Below, one piece after another: positions 33,999 to 47,900 of a stretch of 64,000 nt of DNA. Below the pieces are notes generated by a model that worked only from the letters and a program-made list of their open reading frames with translations, searched no databases and was not told the DNA's origin. The stretch spans positions 26,839-90,838 of the forward strand of contig NIVC01003568.1 in assembly GCA_002269645.1 (NCBI GenBank), written 5' to 3'. The position numbers and the translations under genes were made by a program. Numbering within the stretch: the stretch's first letter is position 1; each line of letters opens with the position of its first letter. The DNA is from Macrostomum lignano (Eukaryota).

Positions 33999-34444
33999 GG
34001 TTTACCGCAGGAGGATTCCCGCAGGAGGGTTTCGCGCAGGAGGGTTTCCCGCGGGAGGGTATACCGCAGAAGGATTCCCGCGGGAAGGATTCCCGCAGGA
34101 GGATTCCCGCAGGAGGGTGTCCCGCAGGAGGGTTTCCCACACGAGGATTCCCGCAGGATGGTTTCCTGCAGGAGGGTTTCCCACAAGAGGGTTTCCCTCA
34201 GGAGGGCTTCCCGTAGGAAGGAGGGTTTCCCACAGGAGGGTTTCCCACACGAGGATTCCCACAGGAGGGTTTCCCACAGGAGGGTTTCCCACAGGAGGGT
34301 TTCCCACAGAAAGTTTTCCTGCTGTAATTTTCCCCAGCAGTGAAGCTTTCCCGCCGAGATTCCAGCACTAGTTTTTTCCCGTCGCGACGTTTTGCTGTCA
34401 ATATTTGAAAGCTTCATTGCGGGGAAATTTCCTGCAGGAAAACC
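33999..34444. repeat. 15-bp repeat array (aggagggtttcccac)n with imperfect inverted ends
   Basis: Tandem units at 34000-34320; ggtttaccgcagga at the left and tcctgcaggaaaacc at the right. No TSD found. Confidence 0.7.
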
Positions 34445-35122
34445 TGCAGGAAGACTTCCTGTAATAATCTGAAATTCCATCTGGCGCTATACGCTTCCAG
34501 AGTAATGCCAGCAAACGTGTACACTAGTTAGTCCGCTCAACAGTGCCTTGCAATCGCAACTATGTGCATTTGAGTCCATAGTCTACACTTAAGCGGGATA
34601 GGAGAATGATTTTAAAAGAATTGTTCAAGGAGAAGAAAACGAATGAATGCCATGGTCATGGAAGGAAGAGATTAATTGCATGGATTATATATGAATTATT
34701 GACTACAGATCGATGCGCAAAGGAATACTAACCGTTTATTTGATGCATTATCATGCTAATTAGTTCGTATTCGAGAGATTTTAGCTGAGCTGCGCGCTAA
34801 GCCATAATCCGTCCTGCTCTCGTAGTTACACGAGATGAACAGATGCAAGTTGATTTCTGCCATTTCGGTTGCTATGAAAATGCTTGGACGCCCATCAGCT
34901 TTAAGCTTCTGCTCAGAGCCGCTTTTTCGAGTACTTAATTTAGTCCCTGTATACTGAAAAGTGCAGATGTGGAAAGCACAATCTAAACACAGTCGAGTTT
35001 ATTCATCCTTCAACTGACAGTGCTACGAGTCTGCTCTACAGGTAGCACGTATCAGATTCCTTTATTTTTATGCTACGAAGTTACGCTCGTAATTGTCCCA
35101 GCAAACGGCTTTTCAATTGCAG

Positions 35123-36163
35123 TCACAGCGGAGCTATCTGTGCAAATTTTCCGCAGATAATTTTGCGCATTTCCCGTCTATAAGCTGGCGAGGCGATGAT
35201 GTACATGATGAAGTTGACCGTGTGGTTCAGGTAGAAAAACATCTCCAGACCCGTTTGAATGAACTCATTTGTAGCTTCGTCAGCCGGGCTGACCGTCGGC
35301 AGGGTCGGCCTGATGTTCAAGAAGGTGAAGAACGGGACAAGAAAGATCAGGAAGGCCACCGAGATGGCCAGCGTGAGACGGATGGAGTTCTTCAACGCCT
35401 GCTCCTGCTCGCTGTCGCCGCCCGAAGAGGAAGCGACAAAGCGTCGCTTGATGCCAACAAAAAGTAGGCAGTTCATCACCAGCGTGACGCCGGCTGGCAC
35501 GCAGGCGACCGTGGCGAAGGCGATGGCATTGCGCACCGACCAAGCCGCCAGCATGTCCGGGCCGGCCCAGCAGTACTGATCAACCACGGTGCCGTTCACC
35601 GTTACGTAGTTCACCTACACAGAGTCAGGCATTGTGAGGTGTCAATTCTATTGGACCAGCTTGGATTTACGCTGAAATTTTTCACACATTTCATCAAAAC
35701 TAACCTGCAGTCCGACCAGCAGGATGGCGTTCTTGGCCAGCGCCAAGACTGTCAGACCAGCCAGCACGGCTAGCGCCGCCTTTCGAGTGCACCACTGGCG
35801 ACTTTTGAGCGGCAAGTAGAGCGCGAGCACCCGGTCCATGGACACGCAGGGAACTAGCCAGACGGCCACGTCCGACACGATATAGTTGACAAACATCTGC
35901 GCCTTGCAGCCGGTGTCCGTCTGGGCAAAAATATCAATATTAGAGACGCCCAGAATGAAGTAGCGCCAGCATAGCGTGTGCACGGTGAGCGTGTCAGCCA
36001 CAGCCAGCGCTCGTAAGTAGTAGGACGTGCTGGTCGTCTGCTTGGACAGGTGTAGCAGCATGTAGGACAGGCAGTTACCGATGGTTGATGCTGCAATCAT
36101 TGGCAAAGTGACCAAAGCTAGGAACTGTCGGTGGCGTTGAGCGATCAGATCGGCCGCGTCCAT
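35123..36163 (-). CDS. Rhodopsin-family GPCR (invertebrate peptide-receptor-like), 316 aa; exons 36163-35705, 35614-35123
   Basis: TM1 IGN, TM2 LAVAD, TM3 SMDRV, TM6 FLIFLVP, TM7 NHTVNFIMY; one 90-bp phase-0 GT-AG intron. Confidence 0.9.
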
Positions 36164-37364
36164 GCCGGTGCAGAGCTAGCGACACATCTCCGGCGGCTCA
36201 CCTGGCAATCATTTATACAGATTAAAGCTCAGTGCCTGAGATAGACAATGCGTGCCGATAGACCTCGACTTGATGACGATTAGATCTCAGGAAATTAAGC
36301 TTTTGTCGAGGCTTCCTTTTTCACGTGTCTTCCTTCATCTGCTGCAAAAAATGATCGGAAGGCTCAAGAACGCGATGCTGAAAGCAATCTTCTGTTTGGT
36401 GCACCCTCCAAACAGGCAGAAATGCTGTCTGTTCGTGACTCGAGTATATTGAGGCAATGTCAACTGCAAATTGACCTACGTCTACCGATGATTGAAAGTT
36501 AAAAAAGAAAATTGTTCCCGTTTAATTGTCTTTCCTTTGATAAAAATTTTAATTTCCTCAAACCAAAGCCTGAAATTTCTGATTAAAACAATACACACCT
36601 GCAGTTCCTACTCGAACCAACACTCTGCTTTGAAGAGCAACTGTAATATCTTCCCATAGCTAGCGCTCCTGAAATGTCCTGAAATTAGACACGTTTGCTT
36701 ACCTCAAGCCTGTCTTGAAGTTTAGATAAAAATTGTTGATAGAGTCGATGTCAAGGACTATACTTAAGTAGACTACTTAAGTAAGTTTAACGAAGTGACT
36801 TCAGTGGTCCTTGGTCGATGTATATGTACTGTGCATGCATATCTGTCATGACTGCACTTAATAGGAGATCCGGAGCTCCGGAGCTTTTCTTTACTGTATT
36901 TATATGCTTTCTCAGTACCTGTGATTGGTGATTAATATCCAGCATGTTTAATACACAAGCTCCAATGGCATGCTTTCTGTTGCAGTTGCACACACGCAAT
37001 CAACCTGTTTTGAAATGCTTTAGGCCAACTCAGGTTGACTTCTGTGTGTTCCATAACACTAGATTTTTATTTATTTTTAAATCTACTCATATACCCATAA
37101 TCAAAGTGACTTATTTAAATAAACATAAACTGTGAAGACATCAAACTTCTTTGAGCTTACCGAAATATTTATCGTGTATATTTACGAGCTACCTATACGA
37201 GAAATTACCTACTTCCAGTAGTGCTTTTGACATCTGCTCCACGCAAACCTTATAGCATATTGCAATGCATGCTAAACTCATAATTTAGCTGCTTTATTGA
37301 GATGCTTGCTTAGATTATACTCGCATATTTAAAAATGACTTCAAAATTGGTTTTATCAAACAGG

Positions 37365-38295
37365 ATAAGCCTACTAGATATCGGGCAGGACAAGCCTGTT
37401 TGGGGGGGGGTGGACAAACCCACTGAATATCGGACAGGATAAGGCTAGTGATTAGGGGGATAAGCCCACTGGAGATCGGACAGGATAAGCCTGTTTGGGG
37501 GAGGGGATAAGCCCACTGGAGATCGGACAGGATAAGCCTGTTTGGGGGAGGGGATAAGCCCACTGGAGATCGGACAGGATAAGCCTGTTTGGGGGAGGGG
37601 ATAAGCCCACTGGAGATCGGACAGGATCTGGATAAGGCTAGTGATTAGGGGGATAAGCCCACTGGCGATCGGACAGGATAAGGCTAGTGATTAGGGGGAT
37701 AAGCCCACTGGAGATCGGACAGGATAAGGCTAGTGATTAGGGGGATAAGCCCACTGGCGATCGGACAGGATAAGGCTAGTGATTAGGGGGATAAGCGCAC
37801 TGGCGATCGGACAGGATCTGGATAAGGCTAGTGATTAGGGGGATAAGCGCACTGGCGATCGGACAGGATCTGGATAAGGCTAGTGATTAGGGGGATAAGC
37901 CCACTGGAGATCGGACAGGATAAGGCTAGTGATTAGGGGGATAAGCGCACTGGCGATCGGACAGGATCTGGATAAGGCTAGTGATTAGGGGGATAAGCCC
38001 ACTGGAGATCGGACAGGATAAGGCTAGTGATTAGGGGGATAAGCCCACTGGAGATCGGACAGGATAAGGCTAGTGATTAGGGGGATAAGCGCACTGGCGA
38101 TCGGACAGGATAAGCCTGTTTGGGGAGAGGATAAGCCCACTGGAGATCGGACAGGATAAGCCTGTTTGGGGAAGGGGATAAACCCACTGGAGATCGGACA
38201 GGATCTGGATAAGGCTAGTGATTAGGGGGATAAGCCCACTGGCGATCGGACAGGATAAGGCTAGTGATTAGGGGGATAAGCCCACTGGCGATCGG
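37365..38295. repeat. Composite minisatellite (ggataagcccactggagatcggacaggataag + cctgtttgggggagg or gctagtgattaggg)
   Basis: About 20 units with a constant core and two alternative linkers. Confidence 0.93.
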
Positions 38296-39467
38296 GCTGC
38301 CAGGACATGATCTTCATACTTTCTGTCTTTTGTGAAAGCGATAGTTCCGTAATTCGTATTACATTAGTATAATAAGCCACTACATGGCTAGTATGGCATC
38401 CGCATATGCAATGACGATGGGGAATATGGGCTGCATTTAGGGGGGGGGGGTACAGCAACGATGATTAACGTCAGGCAGGTAAGAGAGCAGCTCCATGACA
38501 AGGCGGCATCGGCCCCGCGTCACAGAGGTGCTCCCCGGCACGGTCTGACAGAGTTGCACATAAAAATACCAATTCATAGCAACAGAGAAATGCTATTGGA
38601 AAACAAGCAGCGCCTTTGACCGACTCACTTTCGCGCTTATATTATTTATGCGTCGGGTGTTGCGCAGTTTGGCTCTCGATTCTCTACAGTCTACAGTGTT
38701 AAGTCCAATGCTACATGTCCATGGCAAGGCAAGGCCAAGGGTGGATTTGAAGCGACAAGGGAAACTGGCGCGAACGTCTCAGTTTTAAGTAGAAAAAAGA
38801 TTTCGGCCTTTTTCAGGGACAGTTGTGCAGTGCGGAGTGAAAATGACGAAGAAGCGGGGCGCGTTGGGCTTTTGACTTTATATAAAGCCCTCTCCCTGTG
38901 GACGGGGAGGGGAGGGTCGGATGGCTTGGGGTGGAGGGGGTTGAAGGGCCCCGACGTCCCTCTGCTGTTGGCTGGTTGGGGGGTTGGGTGCCCCTCGTAT
39001 GGGTTCAGGGTTGGGGCTTTGGGGGTAGGAAATTGAGCGCCTTGCGGCGGGGGCCCAAGCTCCCCGGCTCCCCCCCTCTAAAGGAGTTAGTTTGGTTGGA
39101 CTTTGTGGCAATGTGGCTAGCTTGGCGGTAACGGGAATGAATCCATGGCTGGCCAGCATGTAGTGGTAGTGTGATAAATACAGCTTTGGAACAGAAAGAA
39201 AAGCTTATTCCTCAGCTTAATAAATTAAAAAGCCTCACATTTTGTCCTGTGATTATTTTGAATCGAAATGAGAACGCGATTTTCCTCTTCCTGCTTTACC
39301 TTTATCTTCACCTCATACATAGACTTTTTCGCTTAACCCTAAATCAAGCCACTTTGAAATCATTTTTAAGCTTAAGTAGTGTTAACATCCCAGAGTTGGA
39401 ATAGGAAGTTGCAATTGGAAATGAATAGATGTTTTGAGCTTGTTTCACTTAAATAGTTCTACGGATC

Positions 39468-40300
39468 CGGAATACATTCCCGGTATCCCGAAATCCCAGG
39501 ATTAGGCCCAAATCCCGGGATTTTTATTCGGCCTAAATCCCGGGATCACAATTGTCCGGGATTCGATGATCCCGGGATCGACCATCGGGATCCCGATCCC
39601 GCTTTGCAATAATTTAATCATTCATTCTCGATTAGTAGTATCTGCAGCTGAGTTACTTTTAAGGTGAAAATCCAGTTGTCGTATATTTTGATTTAATAAT
39701 CTTTTGAGCCTGCGGGCTAGTGAGTAGAAGGCTATATATAGGGCTGCAGGGCAGGGGTACAAAACAGAAGCTGTTAGCAGGTCGTAAGGATATTTAAGTT
39801 GTAATAATGTAGAAATACTTTAAGCAGTCCCTACTCCTTGGCCGTAGTTGGGATTAGAACCCAAGCTACCAATTCTCTATCTAGGGCGGGTGCCCCTGGA
39901 AAGATAAGGTCTGATCCCCTTCTACCCAGGTATCAGTACCTCGGGCCATACATGTATCATTCTCCAGGTTACATCACAATCAAGTGTGATTTTCCTGAGC
40001 TGATACTGGTATGTAAAAAAGCACGTCTATTACGCCAGCCTGTACATCACACTCCAATTCAAAGCTCACTGTCAGTTTCTTGTTTGCAAAATATTATATT
40101 CTGTTCTATACTTTTATCATTGAAAGTCCTTTAAAATCAGATTAGATGGCTTCGTAAACCAAAATTGCACCAAAAAAAGTAGACATTTTTTTCAATCCCA
40201 ACCAGGCCCAATTTTTCGGGATCCGGGATTGGCAAAGTCCGGGATATCCCGATCCCGTGAATCCTGGGATTGGCAAAACTCGGGATTTTGTATTCCCTAG
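39468..40300. mobile_element. Non-autonomous hAT-like DNA element, 833 bp
   Basis: 8-bp TSD TACGGATC (39460-39467, 40301-40308). Imperfect TIR ggaatac..tcccg and dense atcccg/cgggat subterminal motifs at both ends. Confidence 0.7.
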
Positions 40301-40318
40301 TACGGATCACTCTGGTGG

Positions 40319-41035
40319 GGGTTGCTTTAACAACCGCGAAACTTCACAACCGCGAAACTTCACAACCGCTAAAAAGACTGTCGTATATGAAAGTAAGTGC
40401 AAAAATTTTAGCCGTTGTGAAGTTTCGCGGTTATGAAGTTTCGCGTTTGTGAAAGTGACTGCAAAAAATTAGCGGTTGTGAAGTTTCGCGTTTATGAAAT
40501 TTAGCGATTGTGAAAGTATGAAGTTTAGCGGTTGTGAAGTTTAGCGGTTGTGAAGTTTAGCGGTTGTGAAGTTTCGCGTTTATGAAATTTAGCGATTGTG
40601 AAAGTATGAAGTTTAGCGGTTGTGAAGTTTAGCGGTTGTGAAGTTTAGCGGTTGTGAAGTTTCGCGTTTATGAAATTTAGCGATTGTGAAAGTATGTGAT
40701 TTAGCGGTTGTGAAGTTTAGCGGTTGTGAAGCTTAGCGGTTGTAAAGTTTCGCGTTTATGAAATTTAGCGATTGTGAAAGTATGTGATTTAGCGGTTGTG
40801 AAGTTTAGCGGTTGTGAAGTTTAGCGGTTGTGAAGTTTCGCGTTTATGAAATTTAGCGATTGTGAAAGTATGTGATTTAGCGGTTGTGAAGTTTAGCGGT
40901 TGTGAAGCTTAGCGGTTGTAAAGTTTCGCGTTTATGAAATTTAGCGATTGTGAAAGTATGTGATTTAGCGGTTGTGAAGTTTAGCGGTTGTGAAGTTTAG
41001 CGGTTGTGAAGTTTCGCGTTTATGAAACCCACCCG
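40319..41035. mobile_element. TIR/TSD-bounded element filled with a 17-bp satellite (tttagcggttgtgaag) arranged in 88-bp higher-order units
   Basis: 8-bp direct repeat TCTGGTGG (40311-40318, 41036-41043). Left-end aaccgcgaaac copies are inverted relative to right-end gtttcgcgttt. Period 88 at 40491, 40579, 40667, 40755, 40843, 40931. Confidence 0.65.
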
Positions 41036-42589
41036 TCTGGTGGTAGTTAGTAAACGAAAAACCAATAGACGAGGGACCTTGAGGACATGAAATACAAAAG
41101 CGTAACAAAGGCAACTTGGAGAGATTCGATGTCTTGTCTAACTCTAAAACTTTCTGTCCAAAGTTCAAATCAAATGCAACTAGCGACTACATCTTTCGAT
41201 GATGCCAGTCCTTTGAATTTTGATTTATTAAGCAATTATAGAAGTCTCGAGCTCGAACTCGAGTATCAGCTTCATCAAATTGCAGCTGCAATCAGGCATG
41301 AATTCACCAACCCAGTTTGCAGACGCAGGCCCTGGGACCCACCCAGCCTTCTCATTCTTGCTTCATCTGTCGCGTGCGTCACCAAATTTCTCACACAAGC
41401 GCCATAAAAGCTTCATCAATTGTTTCTTTTCACAATCCAATCTGCGCAATAACGCTGTGCGACATGCAGAACAACAGAACAGAAGCTTAAACTGATGACA
41501 GCTCAACAAACAAACTTTCATCACATGAAGTAGTCTTCTGGTTGAATAGTGAATCATTCTACGAGTGACTCATGTATGTGCCCTGTATTTCATCATCATT
41601 TATCATAGCAGCTACAAGAGGGCCTGTTTCTAAGCGTTGCTTGCGCAGCATGATAAGTATAAAATTTCAAGATTATTCAAACAATTTTCTTCCTGTTTAG
41701 TTTCATCGGATTAGAATTCTGTTGGTTTGGGTCTGTAAATCTAGGCTAGTCATTGAGGTGCCAGGTAACAGAGCAGTAGCTAGTTAGATAGCTTGTACCG
41801 TGCACTTACCCTGGCTTTGGGCCTTTTGCTTGTCACACGCATTCTGCATGAATTGATATTTATTGCACACATGCGATCGCTGCTTGGTTTTCTTTTAAAA
41901 ATAAATAAACAATTTGTTCTGCTTCTAAAGCTTTACAGCTAGCCGCAGAAATTTAACCGCCTCACTGAAGCTGATATTCGCGCTTCTGTATAAACTATAA
42001 ACAGTCCGTACCTGCCGCCCCCCCCCCCAGCTCTAGTGGTGACCGTGCAGTCTGAACTGATCGGTAAGACGGTAACCTACCAACTACTGTATAGGTTCAA
42101 CTCTATCCGAATCTCTAACCGCGCATCAGTGTTTAAGTATATAGCGCTTCCGACTAGGCGTCTGCACCTTAAACATCATTGTAATTTGCTGGCAATTTAG
42201 GCTGAATATTCCGTATACGTTCGTACACGCCTGCGGTAACTGTACATGAATAATGAGTGCACTATAATTTGCTCCTACCACTGGGTCTACGTTGCTTAAA
42301 CATGCTTTTATTCGATGCATCAAGACATTAATGAAGGAATGGACAAAATGTATACAAGTATGATGCGCTGTAGAGAGATAGAGAGAGAGACTGGAGAGAG
42401 GCGGGGATCCGGGATCGAGAGAGAGAGGGTACAATAAAATCAGAATGAAATCAGGCTGAGGGCTAAGAGGGAAAGGCCAGAAAGATATTCGAGTAATGCA
42501 GGGATCAGCAAACTTTTTAACTTAAGGGCTCGATATACTCGTCGAATCTAGCACATGACTGTGGGCCAGTGGCAGGTGAAGAGACAAGT

Positions 42590-43290
42590 GGGAATAGGGA
42601 GAGAAAAGAAGGGAGAGAATCGGAGAGATTGGAGATAAGAGGAGAGAAGAGACCGAGGAGGAGGGGAGAGTAGGGGAGAGAGGAGAGTAGGGGAGAGAGG
42701 AGAGGAGGGGAGAGAGGAGAGGGGAGAGGAGGGGAGAGAGGAGAGGGGAGAGGAGGGGAGAGAGGAGAGGGGAGAGGAGGGGAGAGAGGAGGGGAGAGAG
42801 GAGAGGGGAGAGGGGAGAGGAGGGGAGAGGAGGGGAGAGAGGAGAGGGGAGAGGAGGGGAGAGAGGAGAGGGGAGAGGAGGGGAGAGAGGAGAGGGGAGA
42901 GGAGGGGAGAGAGGAGAGGGGAGAGGAGGGGAGAGAGGAGAGGGGAGAGGAGAGGGGAGAGGGGAGAGGAGGGGAGAGGAGGGGAGAGAGGAGAGGGGAG
43001 AGGAGGGGAGAGAGGAGAGGGGTGAGGAGGGGAGAGAGGAGAGGGGAGAGGAGGAGAGAGGAGAGGGGAGAGGAGGGGAGAGAGGAGAGGGGAGAGGAGG
43101 GGAGAGAGGAGAGGGGAGAGGAGGGAGAGAGGAGGGGAGAGAGGAGAGGGGAGAGGGGAGAGGAGGGGAGAGGAGGGGAGAGAGGAGAGGGGAGAGGAGG
43201 GGAGAGAGGAGAGGGGTGAGGAGGGGAGAGAGGAGAGGGGAGAGGAGGAGAGAGGAGAGGGGAGGAGGGGAGAGAGAGGAGAGCTGAGAA
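42590..43290. repeat. GA-rich low-complexity tract (gaggagagggga)n
   Basis: Nearly pure purine repeat; explains the spurious LSP-rich ORF. Confidence 0.95.
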
Positions 43291-44935
43291 GAGACACCAA
43301 CCTTGAGCGGGCCAGATTGCTATTGTGGAGTTTCAAAAGACCCAAAGGCCGGTTAGAGAGGCTTCGCGGCCGCATGTGGCCCACAGTCCCGAGTTTGCCG
43401 ACCCCTGGAGTAATGAGACGAGAAAAAGAGATAGAGAGACAGCGACAGGGAGGAGGGACAGAGCTAGAGGGAGCAGAGATGATGGCAGGAAAAAACTCGA
43501 GGTTTCGTCGACCGGCTGCCCCTGACACTGCTGGTGTCTTTGTCTGCGCCAAGGTCGAGTAAGCAGCGGCGGACCGGCTGTAAGATTTTGCCCGTGCCAT
43601 TCGATATTAAGGTGAATTGATTTGTTTAGCTTGACCCCACAGAAAATTTTCTGGATCAGGATCGACTTCTTCGTTGTTGTTGTGTTAATACTGACTCACC
43701 CCATGGGAAATATACGTTTCATTATTTGTATATATATATTCGAGCGTCGGTTTCTGCATAATTATTGTACATTGGCATGAGACCACCAGTATAGGAATGG
43801 AACCTGAGAAGCGTGCAGTGTTTATGCAGCATGTGTATCGAAATATGCAGCTTGTTCTATTATGCATAGAAAGCGAAACTCGGCTCTCGTCTTTGCTTTC
43901 CTAACCAAAATGACAGAGTGGAGACCCACCTTGCGCAAGGCGTTCTCGTGTGCGCGTCAGAGAGAGGGGGGTGTGAATTCTGAACAGCAGAGATTTAGTT
44001 TCACCAGGCACCAACATTCCCAAGCAATGGAACCCCAAAGCATGCGCCCTAGTTGCTTTTGCAGCAAAAGCAGCACTAGGGGGGCATTTCGACCTGCTTT
44101 TGACGTACATAGAGATTCTGTAGCTAAATCCGCGGCGCATTAAGCAGAACAGGCGTGGGTATTTAATTTCACTTGGCCTTCGCTTTGCACCAAATGATTC
44201 AAATAGCTGCGGGGGCTTGAACAAAGTTTTCACCAGGCCGCAGACCTTGGCCTGACGTGGCATGCGTGAGAGAGTCGGGTGGTATTATTATTCAGTGAAA
44301 AGTGATACGTCAGAGGCAGAGCCAGAGCCAGGCCACGACAGTTTGCCATGTGGAGAGACTTTACCGAAGCGAAAGAACTGATGAATTCGTCATTAGTAGA
44401 AGATAAGATAATTAACAAACAAATTTATAAAATTTTGATATCTACGAGTATCGATTGAACTGATCGTTGAGATCGAGTATAAAACATTAAAGCCTGTGAC
44501 GAATTCAGGATTGTCGTGCGGGGTTGGCGGGGACTAGCTTTTTATCTCAACACGCAACGGTGCCAAAGGAGTAAGAGTAAACTAGAAAATTGATAGAGCA
44601 AGACATTATATAGAAAAAAAGAGATTAAGGGCGCCTAAGACTCAAGTATAGTGACTCCTGCTTTGTCAGCAGAGATGCATGCTACTCGCTGTTGCAAACC
44701 CGAATGTACGTTTAGCGAAAATCGGGCAATTATTAATAGAGTACAAGTGTACACTGTACTCTTCTACAACAAAACGGGTAAAAATATTAGTCTGGTCTCT
44801 CGTGCTATGGGAACAAAATTGCAATATAACACCAATATGTGCTTAACGGTGCTCAAGTGTAACACAAATGAACTGCTGCAAAATTAATAAGTTTGTTGAT
44901 TTGAAACAATGATCCCGTCACTGGTCACGGACAGA

Positions 44936-47900
44936 TCAAGTCGCTTTTCCTTGCTGCTGCTGATCCTAAAAAGCGAATGAAAGCCAAAATTTAAAAAATC
45001 ACCTTCGTTACTACTAAACAATAGTAATGCAAGCAGTTGCGAAATTCTGCTAACCTGAACAACTTTTCTTCGCTTCTCTTCTTCTTCCTTTAATGCTTCG
45101 TACTTCTGCAGCGAACTCTTCAGCTGGCGGACTAGCGACTCCGTGATTGGCGGGAAGATCTACGAGGCGTGGGAATTAAGTTCAGACCGAGACGACTCAT
45201 TTTGATCTGTACTAGCAGTCTTTTGGATTGTCCCAATCCTCCAATCGGTTAATTTAGTCATCCTAGCAACTGCCATTGTCAAAACTCTCACCTTGGCTAC
45301 GGCCTCGAACATGGGGATCAGGACGAAGCGAATGAAGCCAATCTGAGCGGTCGGCTTGGTCACTTTCTCCCTGTCCATGAACGGCGCCACCGGTAAGCCC
45401 TCGATCTTTTCCCGGTCCGACTGAAACGGTAACATTGCGGGGCGTTGTAGGTTTATGAACATGAATACAGCTGTAATCATTTAATTTTTACCTGATTAAA
45501 GTACTCCTCAAGCAGACAGTCGACCCATGGCTCGCTGACCTCCAGAGGGCGAACTTCGTTCGAGATGTCGCAGCATTTGATGAGGACCATCTTAAGCTAG
45601 ATGTAAGATCGATCGAAAATTAGAATCCGCAATTAAACTGGTTACGTAGTAGTTTTACAAGAAAATATGCGCATTCTTACTACGAGTAGTTCCGTAAAGG
45701 CTGCTAAGTCACATGACTATTGATTATTTGTCAAGCACTGATAGGATATATTTATAGCCTCTTGTCACGTGGCTGCTGACATCAGCTCAGTCTGAGAAAC
45801 GTCATGGGCAACTCACAGTGTCTGTGTGTTCCTTCTTGGCGAAGTCGAATCCTTCTTCGATTCTTTTTTTGAAGTTCTCTAAGATCTCGCCGTGTCTGGC
45901 CATGTCGGTGGCCAAAATTAGCATTGTCATGCCCTGCAAGAGTAGGGAGCGAGAAAGGCCTATAATTTCGAAATTATATCAATAGCTCGTATGTTCGATG
46001 GCAGAATTAATTATCATATGCTGTCATTTCGCTTTTTCTTGCTTATCCAGTTGCTGAAATGGGCATGAAGCTTGAATTCTTGACTTTCAATATTTAGCTA
46101 TGATAGACCAGTACGTTCTGTTAGGAATTGAGTCTTCATGCATTAATTCGCTGAATAAATTTCACCTTTCGAATGCGCTGAAACGTGTCCTTGTCCACAT
46201 TGGCAAAGATGTTCGTCTCAGGGTTGTTGAGTATCTGGAAGGCCACGGCGCAGTGGTGGTTCTCCAGGGGACTAATGTCGTTGTACCTGATAGCCAGTTC
46301 GGTGCGGGCATTAATCTGGTAGGTATTGTTGTATCCCGGATGGTCTAGATCGTGGCAGATTGCGGCTGTGATCAAAATGCCGAGGTCCTCCTTGGGCAGT
46401 TGGTTGTTGAGGCCGGTAAGGTGGATCATGCCGTACATCATCTGGCAGACGCAGAAGCAGTGCCGAAAGTTGTGAAACGGGTTGTTTCGATAGTTGACTT
46501 GAATGCACAGCTGCGGACAAATGGGTTGGTCAAACCGATGCACCAGTGTACTTCTGCAACTTAAAGCCAAGAAACGATCAGATCATAACTCACAAGCCAT
46601 CTCTTCAGCGTGACTGGGTTGATGTTGAACTCTTGCATCAGCCCCAGCTCATGGTACATATGCTCCATCAAGCTCAGCATCTGAAATAATTAATATTAAA
46701 TGCGAAGGTCATTTCAGATGTACTTATACGAGCGTACTTTAATGCATTAATTAAAGAATTCTGACCTCATTTGGCTCCCAGTGCCAGATGTCAAATGTTG
46801 GTTTCTTCAGATATTCGACTGTTTCTTGCGTTAGAATGTACTGCAAAACGACATTGAAATGATCCGTATGAATTTGGTGCGCTAATATCCAAGTTGCTTA
46901 TAAACAGCGGTGTTGTAAGACAAATATCTTTATATGGACTTTCTAAGAAGCGGACAAAAGCTGACATCAAAGTGTAACCTGCAAGTACAACCATAGGAAC
47001 AAAGCAAGTGAAATACACAACAATACAAAAATTCAACTATGACTTCATTTCGTGAACACTTCGCGGTACATATATGGAGTTCGGTTATTTCACTGAAGTG
47101 GTTACTTCATCGCTAAATTAAGGAATACCTTCTGAAAGGCGGGAACGCGCTTTAGACTAACAAATTTGATGCCGCTCTCATCTGTCACGAGCACATTCTC
47201 AGCCTCCTGCGCTGGCGCTGGCATTCTGCATGTCGCGTGGGGCAAAGCGAGCATGAAAGCTGTATCATATCTGGTCAGCAGTGATATCTAGTACTAATGC
47301 AGCACAATACATTCATAACGGTAATAACTATTAATAAGCTATTTAAAACTATGCTACTAGCAATTGGACTTATCGAATTCTTATTATTGTTTCTTTTTTT
47401 CAGTACAGAAATAGCACCTTTGCGTAGAGAGGCGCATTTCGCCTAGCATCGGTAACTTTAATCAGTTCACCATTGACAGAGCAGAGCAACTGCTGAATCT
47501 GGCTGCTAAAATTAAAATAGAAATCAAATGTCTGAGTTTTACAACGTTAAACTTTTGATCCAAATCTTATTTTTTGAAAATGGTGGCGTGCATTCGGTTT
47601 GAAATTGAGACAGATTGGTTTTCAGAGGAAAAAATTGCAACTCACAGATTCTTGCTCGGCGATTGATTGATCTTCCGGCCATGCTGCCACACCTGGTCGC
47701 GAACTTCGCTGATGTCCTTCTTGCACTTTTCAATCTCAACCAGCTTTAGCGACTCGGCTGTGGGGGAGGTATTTAAAAGTCAGGTCATTGTTGTGCGGCA
47801 AAGAGTAACTTGAAAAACATGATACGCCTGTCAGGGAAGTATAGACGCGTAGCAACAATATAGTGCGATATTCTGTGCTTTTTATTTAGCTTTTAAACAG

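Noticed and set aside
38870-39160. GC-rich block with a TATA-like motif (similar style at 13390-13700)
   Set aside because: No LTR pair, ORF or convincing RNA fold could be shown by eye.
44360-44400. Hammerhead ribozyme core (gaaagaactgatgaa)
   Set aside because: GAAA and CTGATGA are adjacent with no room for the required stems, and no downstream GAAA closes stem II.
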